Source: Squalus acanthias
Lineage: Eukaryota
Direction of reading: 5' to 3'
Assembly (NCBI GenBank): GCA_030390025.1
Contig: CM059432.1
Location: forward strand, 129,768,001 to 129,832,000
DNA length: 64,000 nucleotides
The notes beneath the pieces were generated by a model. The model had not been told where the DNA came from. It saw only the letters and a list, made by a program, of their open reading frames with translations, and ran no database searches. Each line of letters opens with the position of its first letter. Position 1 is the stretch's first letter. Below, one piece after another: positions 11,917 through 22,680 of the stretch. The translations under genes and the position numbers were made by a program.

Positions 11917-12119
11917 ACCCTCCCTAATCCTCTCTGCCTCACTACCTCTCTCTCCCTCTTTAAGATGCTCCTTCAAACCTACCTCTTTGACCAAGCACCT
12001 GCCCTAATATCTCCTTATGTGGCTCGGTGCCAAATTTTGTTTGATAATCACTCCTGTGAAGAAACTTGGGACATGTTACTATGTTAAAGGTGCGATATAA
12101 ATGCAAGTTGTTGTTGTTA
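11917..12119 (+). mobile_element. L2 3' end fragment
   Basis: Homologous to 11105-11316, with a (GTT)n tail. Confidence 0.75.
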
Positions 12120-12175
12120 TGTCGTCATACTGGTCACAGATCCACTTTTTCCGTCGCTTCTATAGAAAATACAAT

Positions 12176-12310
12176 GAGGTAGATTTTGACTTTGCGATAG
12201 TGTAAAACGGGTGACTGTGAATGGGCAGCCCAGTTTACATCTCCCCCCATTTCGATTTCCATTGACTTCAATGGGCTGCTGTCTCGCTGTCACCCATTCA
12301 ACACTATCTA
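12176..12310. mobile_element. Short palindromic MITE, same family as 843-2444
   Basis: Shares ATTTTGACTTT..GATAGTGTAAAACGGGTGA and CCATTGACTTCAATGG. Confidence 0.55.
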
Positions 12311-13285
12311 AGTTGGTCAGAAGGAGTTAAAAGCCTCGCTCCAGCTCTGGATTCGGGCTAAACTGCTTGAGCTGCATACTTACGGGTTGTGACATCATCT
12401 TGTAACCTTAATTGTATTTGTGACTTGTAAATCCCACCTGTGCGCCATTATTAGGAGTGAAAGCTCTTCAGGCTTTTAAACCTCATGCCCTGTTGAGTAT
12501 GTGTTTCCCAGTCCTGGATGAGTATCAGCTATCACCCTGTATATATAGACAGTGATAAGGTTTAAGAAAAGGATTTGGTTTTAGCAGTTTAAGCTGTGTC
12601 ATTTCTGATGACAACATTGGAAGATGTGATGTTACTAAGCACGGGGGAAGAGTCTGGCCTCGACAAACTGCAATTCTGATATAGTTACGCCGGGATCCAC
12701 AATTGCCGGTGCCCCCACCCCTCCCCCCAGCACAGCCCCGGAACTTGTGGCGCCAATAGAAAGACACCTACGTTCTTTGAGGCAAGTGGGCAGCCACATC
12801 TCTGGTGCCCCATAACAGCCGGAAATTCTGCCCCCAACCTGCAGCTTTTGTGGGGGTGTGGGGTGAGGCTGCCCACACCCCCCACCCCAGACCTGCCCAA
12901 GAACCAAGGCATCAGGCACCCTCGCTCTCAATTGTTCTCATTAAAAAAATCAGGGCATTTTATACAGGAGTGCAGGTCACTCCCCTGGCCTTGCTGACTT
13001 CGGGTGGATTCTGCCAGTCACCCGGGACATCAATGGAACTCCTGCAGATTTTCAAGGCCCGGGTATCCCGTGTGTCAGAGTTGCAACCGTGAATAAAGAA
13101 TGGGGAGAATTTAGGGGCAGTCCTGAGATCTGGAGTGAGGGAAAAAGGGATTATAAGCCACAGCAAACTACTCAGGGTGGCGGGGGGGCTGGGGGAAGTG
13201 GGGGGAGCAACATGTCCCCTCATTACCCCAGTGGCTGTCACGTGTTATGAATAAGCCAACCATCTGTAATGACTGAGATTGTCTG

Positions 13286-13727
13286 GCTCACCCATCACCC
13301 CTGTGCTTACTGACCTACATTGGCTCAACTTTAAATCTCTCATCTTTGTGCTCAAATCCCTCCACGGCCTCGGCCCCCCCCCCCCATCTCTGTAATCTCA
13401 TCCAGCCCCACAACCCCCCGAGATATCTGCGCTCCTCCAATTCTGGCTTCTTGCATGTCCCCGATTTTTATCGCTCCACCATTGGCAGCTGTGCCGTCAG
13501 CTGCCTAGGCCCTAAGCTCTGGAATTCCCTCCCTAAACCTCTCCCCCTCTCTGTCCTCTCTTAAGATGCTTCTTAAAACCTACCTCATTGACCAAGCTTT
13601 TGGTCACCTGTCCTAATATCTCATTCTGTGGCTCGGTGTCACATTTTGTCTGACAACACTCCTGTGAAGCGCCCTGGGACGTCTCACTATGTTAAAGGGG
13701 CTATATAAATGCAAGTTGTTGTTGTTG
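13286..13727 (+). mobile_element. L2 3' fragment
   Basis: Homologous to 10855-11316, with a (GTT)n tail. Confidence 0.8.
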
Positions 13728-16520
13728 AATTGCACATTAACTCCACAGTAACATCCATTAATATTGGTATCTCGGGTATTTGCTACAAATAAACTCTGGG
13801 CTCCCATTATGTTTTGGATTCCTGAAACAATCTGGTGATCGCTCTAATTATGTATCTTTGAAGCTGCAAGATCCTTTCGTTTCCCCCTTCGTTGAGCACA
13901 GCACCACCTACAGCTAAAAGGGGAGGCGGGCAGCTTACTCCCAGGCATCTGGGAATGTCACTGGCGGGTTGGCCACAAAGAGCTACCGTACATGAGAGTG
14001 GCCAGTGATGACTCTCCCCACAGTACTCCTTCCCGCGCGGCATGGCCACGATTAAGAAATAAGCAGAATGGAGGAATTGAACCTGCATCCTCTCACTCTG
14101 TAATGCCACCTGTTGTTGCCTCAGTGCCCACCTGCACCAGCACAGTAATTTCAAATGTGTTGAAACAGTTAAAGCCCTGTAATCAGTTAAGCTTCTTTTG
14201 TGTTGAAACTGCTGTGGCACAAGAGCCGTCATTGCAACATCATTAAGAACCGGTTACGTAAATGATGAAATGTATGATACGTTCATTTTAGATATCACAT
14301 ACGACGGAAAAATGATGGCCAGGACTGGCATCGCCAACTTTCCCGCACAATGGTTTTTTTTCCCCTAATGTTCTGGTTGTTACAGTATTTTTTAATTTAT
14401 CTCTGTTTCCCTGTGTCCCTCAGGGCTTGTGAGTGAATTGAGAATGTGAGCAGGGAGCTCCTGTCGCAAAACAGCAGAGATATCAAAAAACTTCCCAAAA
14501 TATTTGATCTGTACCTTTCTCTGAAAAACCTCACAACTACACGTTTCAATTTTGAGAGACGTGTCTGAAAAGTCTAATAGGTGCTAACTGACGCTTTCAA
14601 AATTATCGCAAGCCCAGGATCAACAAGGTGGGCGTGTAGTTATGGGTGTAGTCTCATAAAGGTTTCTCCTAAATTTCCGGAGAAGTGTGAGCCCACGTGA
14701 TTATTTAATTTAGCCAGCTGTTACACATTTTTCACTCATGATAACTTTAATAATCCAGTATAGTCCCTACAGAGCACTTGGCTTCATATTCAGTAGTCAA
14801 CAAACAATGGTACATATGATTTTGCTTCTCAAAGGATATTTGCAGTTATAACCTTTCAAGAGTACAATTCATTAAATTTTACACCACTCTCATTAACTTC
14901 GGAGCAAGCTGCAACAAAAAGTAGGCATTGAATGAACAAACATGCTTTATTTTTAGTTATTTGCTTTTATTTTATACTCAGCGCATAAGTGTTAATTAAG
15001 CCATAATCTGTAATGAAAAGAGTTTCATTGCTGCCATATTAGAAGCGTGATGAAGAAAAGTGGATTGTACTACAGCTTCTGCCGAGAGAATTCTTCTCAA
15101 CATCTGCAGCCAATTTACATGACTAAGAGCCCTTAATCACAAGTGAAGCAGCACTGTGGGAAGAATGGTCACTACGGCTGTTGCCAAGACACTTTATCCC
15201 TGGACGAAAGAACCCGCTATTCATATTAAACTAATGAGCTGGGTCCAGGTCTGCCAATACTTTGGAATTTCTTTAAAATTTGCATTGTTTTGAGAATGAC
15301 CGTTCATTAAGTCTAACTGTTTGAAACCTACCTCTTGCTCTTTTGCAAAATCTTTAAGATTATTACAGCATCGTTGGTTTATAAAGGCACTGAGAATGTG
15401 TGAATTACAGGTTTGTCGAGGAACTGTTTAAGCCCCCAGTTTCCCAGTGCATGTCATCTGTTCAGTGCCCTAGATTTCTGAAGCACTGTCGTTCCCTGGA
15501 GCAAAAAGAAAATCTGCAAGTTACATCAGGCCAGAAAATTGCACCTTGACCCATCTGCCCGAACAAGTCCTCCTCTTAGATTGCCAACCGTCCCGGATTG
15601 TCTGGGTGTCGCTCAGAATTGCCGATCGATCTTCTGGTAACCCGGGAGGAAAGTATTTTGTATGTGGAGTTCGCGCCTGTGCACCCCGTGAAAGCCTTCA
15701 CCGCGGTAAAAGGGCAAGATATCCAGGGTGTCAGCATGTAAAACTGAAACCGCTAATATTTTCTTTGCAGGTGCTTCATTTTAAACTTTAACTTTCAGCT
15801 TTGAAATTTCACATTTTTTTGCCTTTGATTTTAACTGACTCTCCCTCACTCCCCCAGTGTAGCTGCTCCCTCGCTGCAGACTCGGCTGTGTACCTGGCTC
15901 TGAACTGCCACCTGCCCTTTTCTCTCTTCTTCTCCATCCTCCCAAATCTGCTCCTTGCTTCCGCCACGATCATGACCCCTGCTCCCAATATGGCCACCTC
16001 CACCGATACCACACCCCACCCTGCTGTCCCGCTAGCCCCAACTCCTGGTGTGGTGACCCCTCCCCCAGCTAATTCAGATCACCAAAAAAGTAAAACATAT
16101 ATATATTATATAAAAATAAAATTAAAATAAATAAAATGTATACAGCTGCTGATTTTTAAAAATTTTTGTGGATGCCACTTCTAACATCAGGGACCACCCC
16201 ATCCCCTCTCCCCCCGCTTAACCCTGCTCGACCTACCTCTTCCAGCCTCTCACCCTGCCCCACCCCACTCTGCCTTCCCTCTCGCCCCACACTGTTCTAA
16301 CTTCCTCCTATAACTTCTAGGTTTCTGCATCTCAGTCCTCTGTCAACCCCGCCCCCAGTCCAATTATTCCCCCAATCCTGTAACCCAGGGATGCCAACCC
16401 TCCTGGAATGCCGGGATTCTCCCAGAATGGACAACTGCTCTCCCGGGCGCTGCTGCTGGTGAGTCGGGAGAAAATTAAATCCGCGTGCCTGCATGGCTCT
16501 CGACGGCCCCGTGCTGTTAC

Positions 16521-17141
16521 TTCCCATCCCCATCGGTCAATTCCCATCCCCATCGGTCAATTCCCATCCCCATCGGTCAATTTCCATCCCCATCGGTCAA
16601 TTCCCATCCCCATCGGTCAATTCCCATCCCCATCGGTCAATTCCCACCCCGATCGGTCAATTCCCATCCCCATCGGTCAATTCCCATCCCCATTGGTCAA
16701 TTCCCACCCCGATCGGTCAATTCCCGTCCCCATCGGTCAATTCCCATCCCCATCGGTCAATTCCCATCCCCATCGGTCAATTCCCATCCCCATCGGTCAA
16801 TTCCCACCCCGATCGGTCAATTCCCACCCCGATCGGTCAATTCCCGTCCCCATCGGTCAATTCCCACCCCGATCGGTCAATTCCCGTCCCCATCGGTCAA
16901 TTCCCACCCCGAGCGGTCAATTTGCAATCCGAGCTGTCAATTCCCACCCCGATCGGTCAATTCCCATCCCGATCGGTCAATTCCCACCCCGAGCTGTCAA
17001 TTCCCATCCCCATCGGTCAATTCCCATTCCCATCGGTCAATTCCCATCCCCATCGGTCAATTCCCATCCCCATCGGTCAATTCCCACCCCGATCTGTCAA
17101 TTCCCGCCCCAAGCGGTCAATTCCCACCCAGATCTGTCAAA
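16521..17141. repeat. 20-bp minisatellite (TTCCCATCCCCATCGGTCAA)n, ~31 units
   Basis: Directly visible tandem units; continues as more diverged units at 19321-19512 beyond the inserted LINE. Confidence 0.95.
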
Positions 17142-19318
17142 TTTTTTTTTATTGGCTTATGGGATGTGGGCATCGCTGGCAAGGCCAGCATTTATTGCCC
17201 ATCCCTAGTTGCCCTTGAGAAGGTGGTGGTGAGCTACATCCTTGAACTGCTGCAGTCCGTGTGGCGAAGGTACTCCCACAGTGCTGTTAGGTAGGGAGTT
17301 CCAGGATTTTGACCCAGCGACGATGAAGGAACAGCGATATACTTCTAAGTCAGGGTGGTGTGTGACTTGGAGGGGAACTTGGAGGTGGTGGTGCTCCCAT
17401 GCGCCTGCTGCCCTTGTCCTTCTAGATGGAAGAGGTCGCGGGTTTGGGAGGTGCTGCTGAAGAAGCCTTGGCGAGTTGCTGTAGTGCATCTTGTAGATGG
17501 TACACACTGCAGCCACGGTATGCCGGTGGTGGAGGGAGTGAATGTTTAAGGTGGTGGATGGGGTGCCAGTCAAACGGGTTGCTTTGTCCTGGATGGTGTC
17601 GAGCTTCTTGAGTGTTGTTGCAGCTGCACTCATCCAGGCAATTGGAGAGTATTCCATCACACTCCTTACTTGTGCCTTGTAGAGGGTGGAAAGGCTTTGG
17701 GGAGTCAGGAGTTGAGACACTCGCCACAGAATACCTAGCCTCTGACCTGCTCTCATTGCCACAGTATTTATGTGGCTGGTCCAGTTAAGTTTCTGGTCAA
17801 TGGTGATCCCCAGGATGTTGATGGTGGGGGATTCAGCGATGGTAATGCTGTTGAATATCAAGTCGAGGTGGTTAGACTCTCGCTTGTTGGAGATAGTCAT
17901 TGCCTGTCACTTCTCTGACGTGAATGTTACCTGCCACTTATCAGCCCAAGCCTGAACTTCGTCCAGGTCTTGTTGCATGCGGGCATGGACTGCGTCATTA
18001 TCTGAGGAGTTGTGAATGGCGCTGAACACTGTGACCTTATGTTGGAGGGAAGGTCATTGATGAAGCAGCTGAAGATGGTTGGGCCTAGGACACTGCCTTG
18101 AGGAACTCCTGCAGCTGTGATGATTGACCTTCAATCACCACAACCATCTTCCTTTGTGCTAGGTATGCCTCCAGCCAGTGGAGCGTTTTCCCCCTGATTC
18201 CCATTGACTTCAGTTTTACTTGGGCTCCTTGATGCCACACTCGGTCAAATACTGCCTTGATGTCAAGGGCAGTCTCTCTCACCTCACCTCTGGAATTCAG
18301 CTCCTTTGTCCATGTTTGGAGCAAGGCTGTAATGAGATTGGGGAGCCAAGTGGTCTTGGCGGAACCCAAACTGGGCATCAGTGAGCAGGTTATTGGTGAG
18401 TAAGTGCCAATTTATAGCACTGCCGATGACACCTTCGATCACTTTGCTGATGATTGAGAGTAGACTGATGGGCCGGTAATTGGCCGGGTTGGATTTGTCC
18501 TGCTTTTTGTGGACAGGACATACCTGGGCAGTTTTCCACATTGTCGGATAGATGCCAGTGTTGTAGCTGTACTGGAACAGCTTGGCTAGAGGCGCGGCTA
18601 GTTCTGGAGCACAAGTCTTCAACATGATAGCTGGGATGTTGTCGGGGCCCATAGTCTTTGCTGTATCCAGTGCGCTCAGCCATTTCTTGATATCACGTGG
18701 AGTGAATCGAGTTGGCTGAAGACTGGCTTCTGGAATGGTGGGGACTTCAGGACTCGGCCAGCCCGGTCAGTAGTGTTGCTACCGAGCCACTCTTGGTGAT
18801 GGACATTGAAGTCCCCCATCCAGAGTACATTCTGTGCCCTTGCTACCCTCAGTGCTTCTTCCAAGTGGTGTTCAACATAGAGGAGTACTGATTCATCAGC
18901 TGAGGGAGGGTGGTAGGTGGTAATCAGCAGGAGGTTTACTTGCCCATGCTTGACCTGAAGCCATGAGACTTTATGGGGTCTGGAGTCAATGTTGAGGACT
19001 CCCAGGGCTAGGCCATTTCAGAGGGCAGTTAAGAGTCAACCACATTGCTGTGGGTCTGGAGTCACATATAGGCCAGACCAGGTAAGCACGGCAGATTTCT
19101 TTCCCTAAAGGACATTAGTGAACCAGATGGGTTTTTACAACAATCCGATAGTTTCATGTTTACCATTACTGATACTAGCTTTTTATTCCAGATTTATTTA
19201 ATTAACTGATTTTAAATTCCCCAGCTGCCGTGGTGGGATTTGAACTCATGTCTTTGGATCATTACTCCAGGTCTCTGGATTACTGGCCCAGTGACATTAC
19301 CACTACGCTACCGCTCCC
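17142..19318 (-). mobile_element. Second SINE-headed Zenon-like LINE copy, with large internal deletions
   Basis: On the minus strand: tRNA-like head and central domain (19318-19008), EN fragment (GDFNVHHQEWLGS), RT fragments, family 3' tail and poly(A), seen as the T run at 17142-17150. Confidence 0.88.
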
Positions 19319-19320
19319 TG

Positions 19321-19512
19321 CAAATTCCCACCCGAGCTGTCAATTCCCACCCCGAGCTGTCAATTCCCACCCCATCTGTCAATTCCCACCCCGATCTGTC
19401 AATTCCCACCCGATCTGTCAATTCCCGCCCCGAGCTATCAATTCCCATCTCGATCTGTCAATTCACGTCCCAAGCTGTCAATTCTCACCCTGAACTGTCA
19501 ATTCCCGCCCCA
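19321..19512. repeat. Right part of the 20-bp minisatellite (diverged AATTCCCACCCGAGCTGTC units)
   Basis: Same unit type as the last units of 16521-17141. Confidence 0.85.
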
Positions 19513-20181
19513 AACTCCCTCGACATAGAGGGAAGGGCAGAAGACTTGCCTCTTCCACCCCCTCTCCTTCTCCTCACCAAATACAATTTAGGGCAGAAGG
19601 TAAAAGGGGAGGAAACCCAACAGAACTGGGTTCCTCCCCAAATTACAGCCCCCTGTGGGAAATGAGCCCGGTCTCCCCCCCTCTCTGGCCCCAGCAATTT
19701 CAAGTCCATGTGGTGTTCAACCCTGTAGTATCTCTTGGTACATTTTAAGCATCCCTGGTGACTGATTTCCTATTTGATGAGCGAGTAACCTCCCCTTTGC
19801 TCGAGGAACTCGGCACTTTCTCTACCTTTTTGTTTTAGATGCTTCTCTGCATTTTCTCATGTGAGGAGCGGAATTGCAGTGGTTGCTATGTGACGTGACA
19901 CTGCTGGGTCAATAATTTGGTCCTGGCTGCCCTTTCCATGTGTTCTTATGTTCTGAGGTTAGGAAACCATGCATTAACAAGCACATTGACTCCCCAAGAC
20001 ATGGGACTTTGCATCTGACCTTTGGTTGTTGAGACTCGCTGGAAATGAGGTTTCATTATGCTAAGAATATTCTTCTAATACTTACAACAACAGTAGCATT
20101 TTTTTTCTTAAAGGAAAGCTCCTTTAAGAAGCCGTTACATGTAAGGATGCTAAAAGAGCAAAGGACGCCACATAAGTTCAT

Positions 20182-20460
20182 GGGGTCAAATTTGCGGTCG
20201 GAGGCATACCTCCGTAGTACACCTCCGACCCGCAAAACCTTTCCGCACCTACCTGCTGTCGTCCAAACCGCGGAGGGTTCGGTTCTCGGACCTCCAGGCG
20301 TACATCTGTGTAAAGGCCCACGGATCTCAGGGATGCAGGTGGTTCGGAAGCATCCCTGGGATCACGTGGGCCAGGTCCTCCAATCACAAAGGAGGATTCC
20401 ATTGCCGTCATTTCCGAATGGAATCCCCTAATGACTTGCAATGGAATCCCCAAATAATTG
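20182..20460. mobile_element. Harbinger-type MITE fragment
   Basis: Starts GGGGTCAAATTTGCGGTCGG. Shares CCCTGGGATCACGTGGGCCA...CCAATCACA with the reverse complement of 42198-42240. Confidence 0.6.
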
Positions 20461-20522
20461 GGAAAGGGGGGTCCCAGCCCCTATACTTGCTTAAAAATCT
20501 GTTCCATTTCCTGCTTTTTTCC

Positions 20523-20559
20523 AGTTCTGACGAAAGGTCCTCGACCTGAAACGTTAACT
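20523..20559 (+). ncRNA. Minimal type I hammerhead ribozyme in a Penelope-type repeat remnant (~20500-20660)
   Basis: AGTT-CTGACGA-A-AGGTC(CTC)GACCT-GAAA-CG-TT-AACT: core boxes CUGANGA and GAAA, 5-bp stem II, palindromic ACGU stem III and 4-bp stem I. Confidence 0.7.
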
Positions 20560-21314
20560 CTGTTTCGCTCTTCACAGATGCTGCCTGACCTGCTGAGTAT
20601 CTCCAGCATTTTCTGTTTTTATTTCAGATTTCCAGCATCTGCAGTATTTTCTTTTTGTTATAATTAGAAGTAATATCATGTTAACTATTAATAAACTGTT
20701 GTAGTTAGCTGTTTCACAAATCTAATAAATGTATGAAAATCAATGACGTACGTCGCAGTGCTGTTAAAATGTCATATTTTACATATTTAATAACTGACTT
20801 GTGGCAGGACAGATATAATTACAGTCTCTCTTGTTCTGAGCAATAATGGCGCTGTTTTGTTTAGCTCCAGTTACTTGACAGTTTTTGTGTACTTGTTAAT
20901 AGCTTTAAGTTACTTCACATAAAGCAACAATTAGGCAAGAATTTTTTTTGTAGAATTAAAATAACTGGAGTGATGGTAAATTTTTCTTTTCTTGGTTCCA
21001 ACAGCACAACATTTTCATTTAGAAATTAAAAGAAATAAAATCACATTCAAAATTTCATTATTAATGCCTGTCTGCGTCTGTTTCAGTCGTTTGACTGTAT
21101 TCAAGAGGTGATGTCAGAATTTAATTACATTCAAGTGTTTTATTATCCCAGAGGCATGTCTGGCTAAGGCACCCAATGAGGGATTAGTTGGGTAGTTTAA
21201 GGTCGTTGACCAGTAAACGTCTGTCGAGAAGTTCCACAATTTAAATCCTCTTGACTCCCATCAGTGAATGTGACATTCAGCCTGGTCACTATGCAGTTAA
21301 AAAAAGAACAACAG

Positions 21315-21551
21315 TGTGGCGGATCACCACCTAAAACGGGCATAATCCACTCTTCTGTCTGTGGACAAATTTCCAGCACCTTCCCTTTAAGGCACCTTAC
21401 CTTTAAGGAGAAGGGGGCGGGGCCTCAGGTTTTACCCAGTGAATTCTGGGTGCTTTGCAGTCTGCCATTTTTTACCATGCTGTGATTAAAAAGTCTCTTG
21501 TTTAACACAAATGGATTCAGCCTTAATTCGTGTTTCGCGGCAGCCTCAACA
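21315..21551 (+). repeat. 5' LTR
   Basis: TGTGGCGG...CCTCAACA; 8 substitutions versus the 3' LTR by manual comparison. Confidence 0.95.
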
Positions 21552-21552
21552 T

Positions 21553-21564
21553 TGGTGACCCCGA
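21553..21564 (+). promoter_or_regulatory. Primer binding site, tRNA-Trp
   Basis: TGGTGACCCCGA is complementary to the 3' end of vertebrate tRNA-Trp (...TCGGGGTCACCA). Confidence 0.85.
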
Positions 21565-21591
21565 TGCTCAGAACATATTCCGAGCACTGCA

Positions 21592-22334
21592 ATGGCGGAC
21601 ACGAACGCAGTTTCCGTGAAACTGCCGGAGTTTTGGGAAAACCAGCCCGAAGCCTGGTTTCTCCAAGCTGAATCTCGCTTCCGGCTGCGAAATATCACCA
21701 CAGATGGGACGAAGTACGACTATCTCATCACATCACTCGGTAGCGCCGCAGTTTCCAAGGTTTGGACAACGCTGCAGAACCCACCATGGAAGGCAAGTAC
21801 GCACATCTCAGGACAGCGCTCCTTAAAAAATTTACGGCCTCGGCATATCAGCGAAACTGCCACCTCCTCGACCTTCCAGGCCTCGGTGATGCCTCACCGT
21901 CCGACCTCCTCTCCCACATGCTCTCCCTCACCGACGAGAGCCCACCCGGATCCCTCTTCCGCACGCTATTCATCCGCCAGCTCCCTCTCAGCATCCGCCC
22001 AGCGATCGTGGCGTCCGGCCTCACGAACCTGGAAGCCCTGGCCAATGAGGCCGACAAGCTGCTGTCCGCTCACTCCAGCCGCGACGTCACTCCGGACCTG
22101 GCAGCCAATGCCTGGGCGCGCCCCTCACCATCCAGCACGCGGCCACAAGGGCCTGTCACCAGGCCCACGGGGCCTTCACGCCCCACTAACCAGGGCCACT
22201 GTTACTACCACGCACGGTTCGGCGCCAGGGCACAACGGTGCACACCTCCCTGCTCTTTCAAGTCTGCCCCCGTTCCAGCCCCCGCGATGGCCGTGGGCCA
22301 CGCGGGCTCCCTGCTGTTCGTCACGGATGACTAA
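21592..22334 (+). pseudogene. gag: gag with CHCC zinc knuckle; frameshift near 21785
   Basis: N-terminus VKLPEFW...WFLQAESRF, then in a second frame KY..LRTALL...LGDASPS and CYYHARFGARAQRCTPPC (C-x2-H-x9-C-x3-C). Confidence 0.85.
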
Positions 22335-22680
22335 ACCGGCCGCCGGTTCCTGTGCGACACTGGGGCTCAGCACAGCATCATCCCAGCCTCCTCCCTCGAC
22401 ATCCAAAAGGGCGAACGAGGACCGGCGCTGGCTGCTGCTAACGGCTCGGAAATCTGGACGTATGGCACCCGGACAGTCACCCTCGACCTCGCTGGTCACC
22501 GCTACCGATGGGAGTTCATCACTGCCAAGGTGCTCTCCCCCCTCAACGGCGCAGATTTCCTGTGCGCCCACGGCCTACTGGTAGACATCCCCCGCCACCG
22601 CCTCGTGGACATGAACACCATGTCCCCCATCCTGGGCGCCATGGCCCCCGTCAACCCGCCGACATGGCGTCACAGTGCCA
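22335..22680 (+). pseudogene. Aspartic protease, in frame with gag after a TAA at 22332-22334
   Basis: LLFVTDD*TGRRFLCDTGAQHSIIP...AANG...GADFL; frameshifts into the RT frame near 22660-22680. Confidence 0.8.

Noticed and set aside
15577..16450. Possible hAT-like termini (TAGATTGCCAACC at ~15577, CAGGGATGCCAACC at ~16386)
   Set aside because: Same orientation, with no matching opposite end or 8-bp TSD found; too weak to call.
16408..17294. Three overlapping Pro/Ser/His-rich ORFs
   Set aside because: They arise from a stop-free 20-bp minisatellite read in all three frames.
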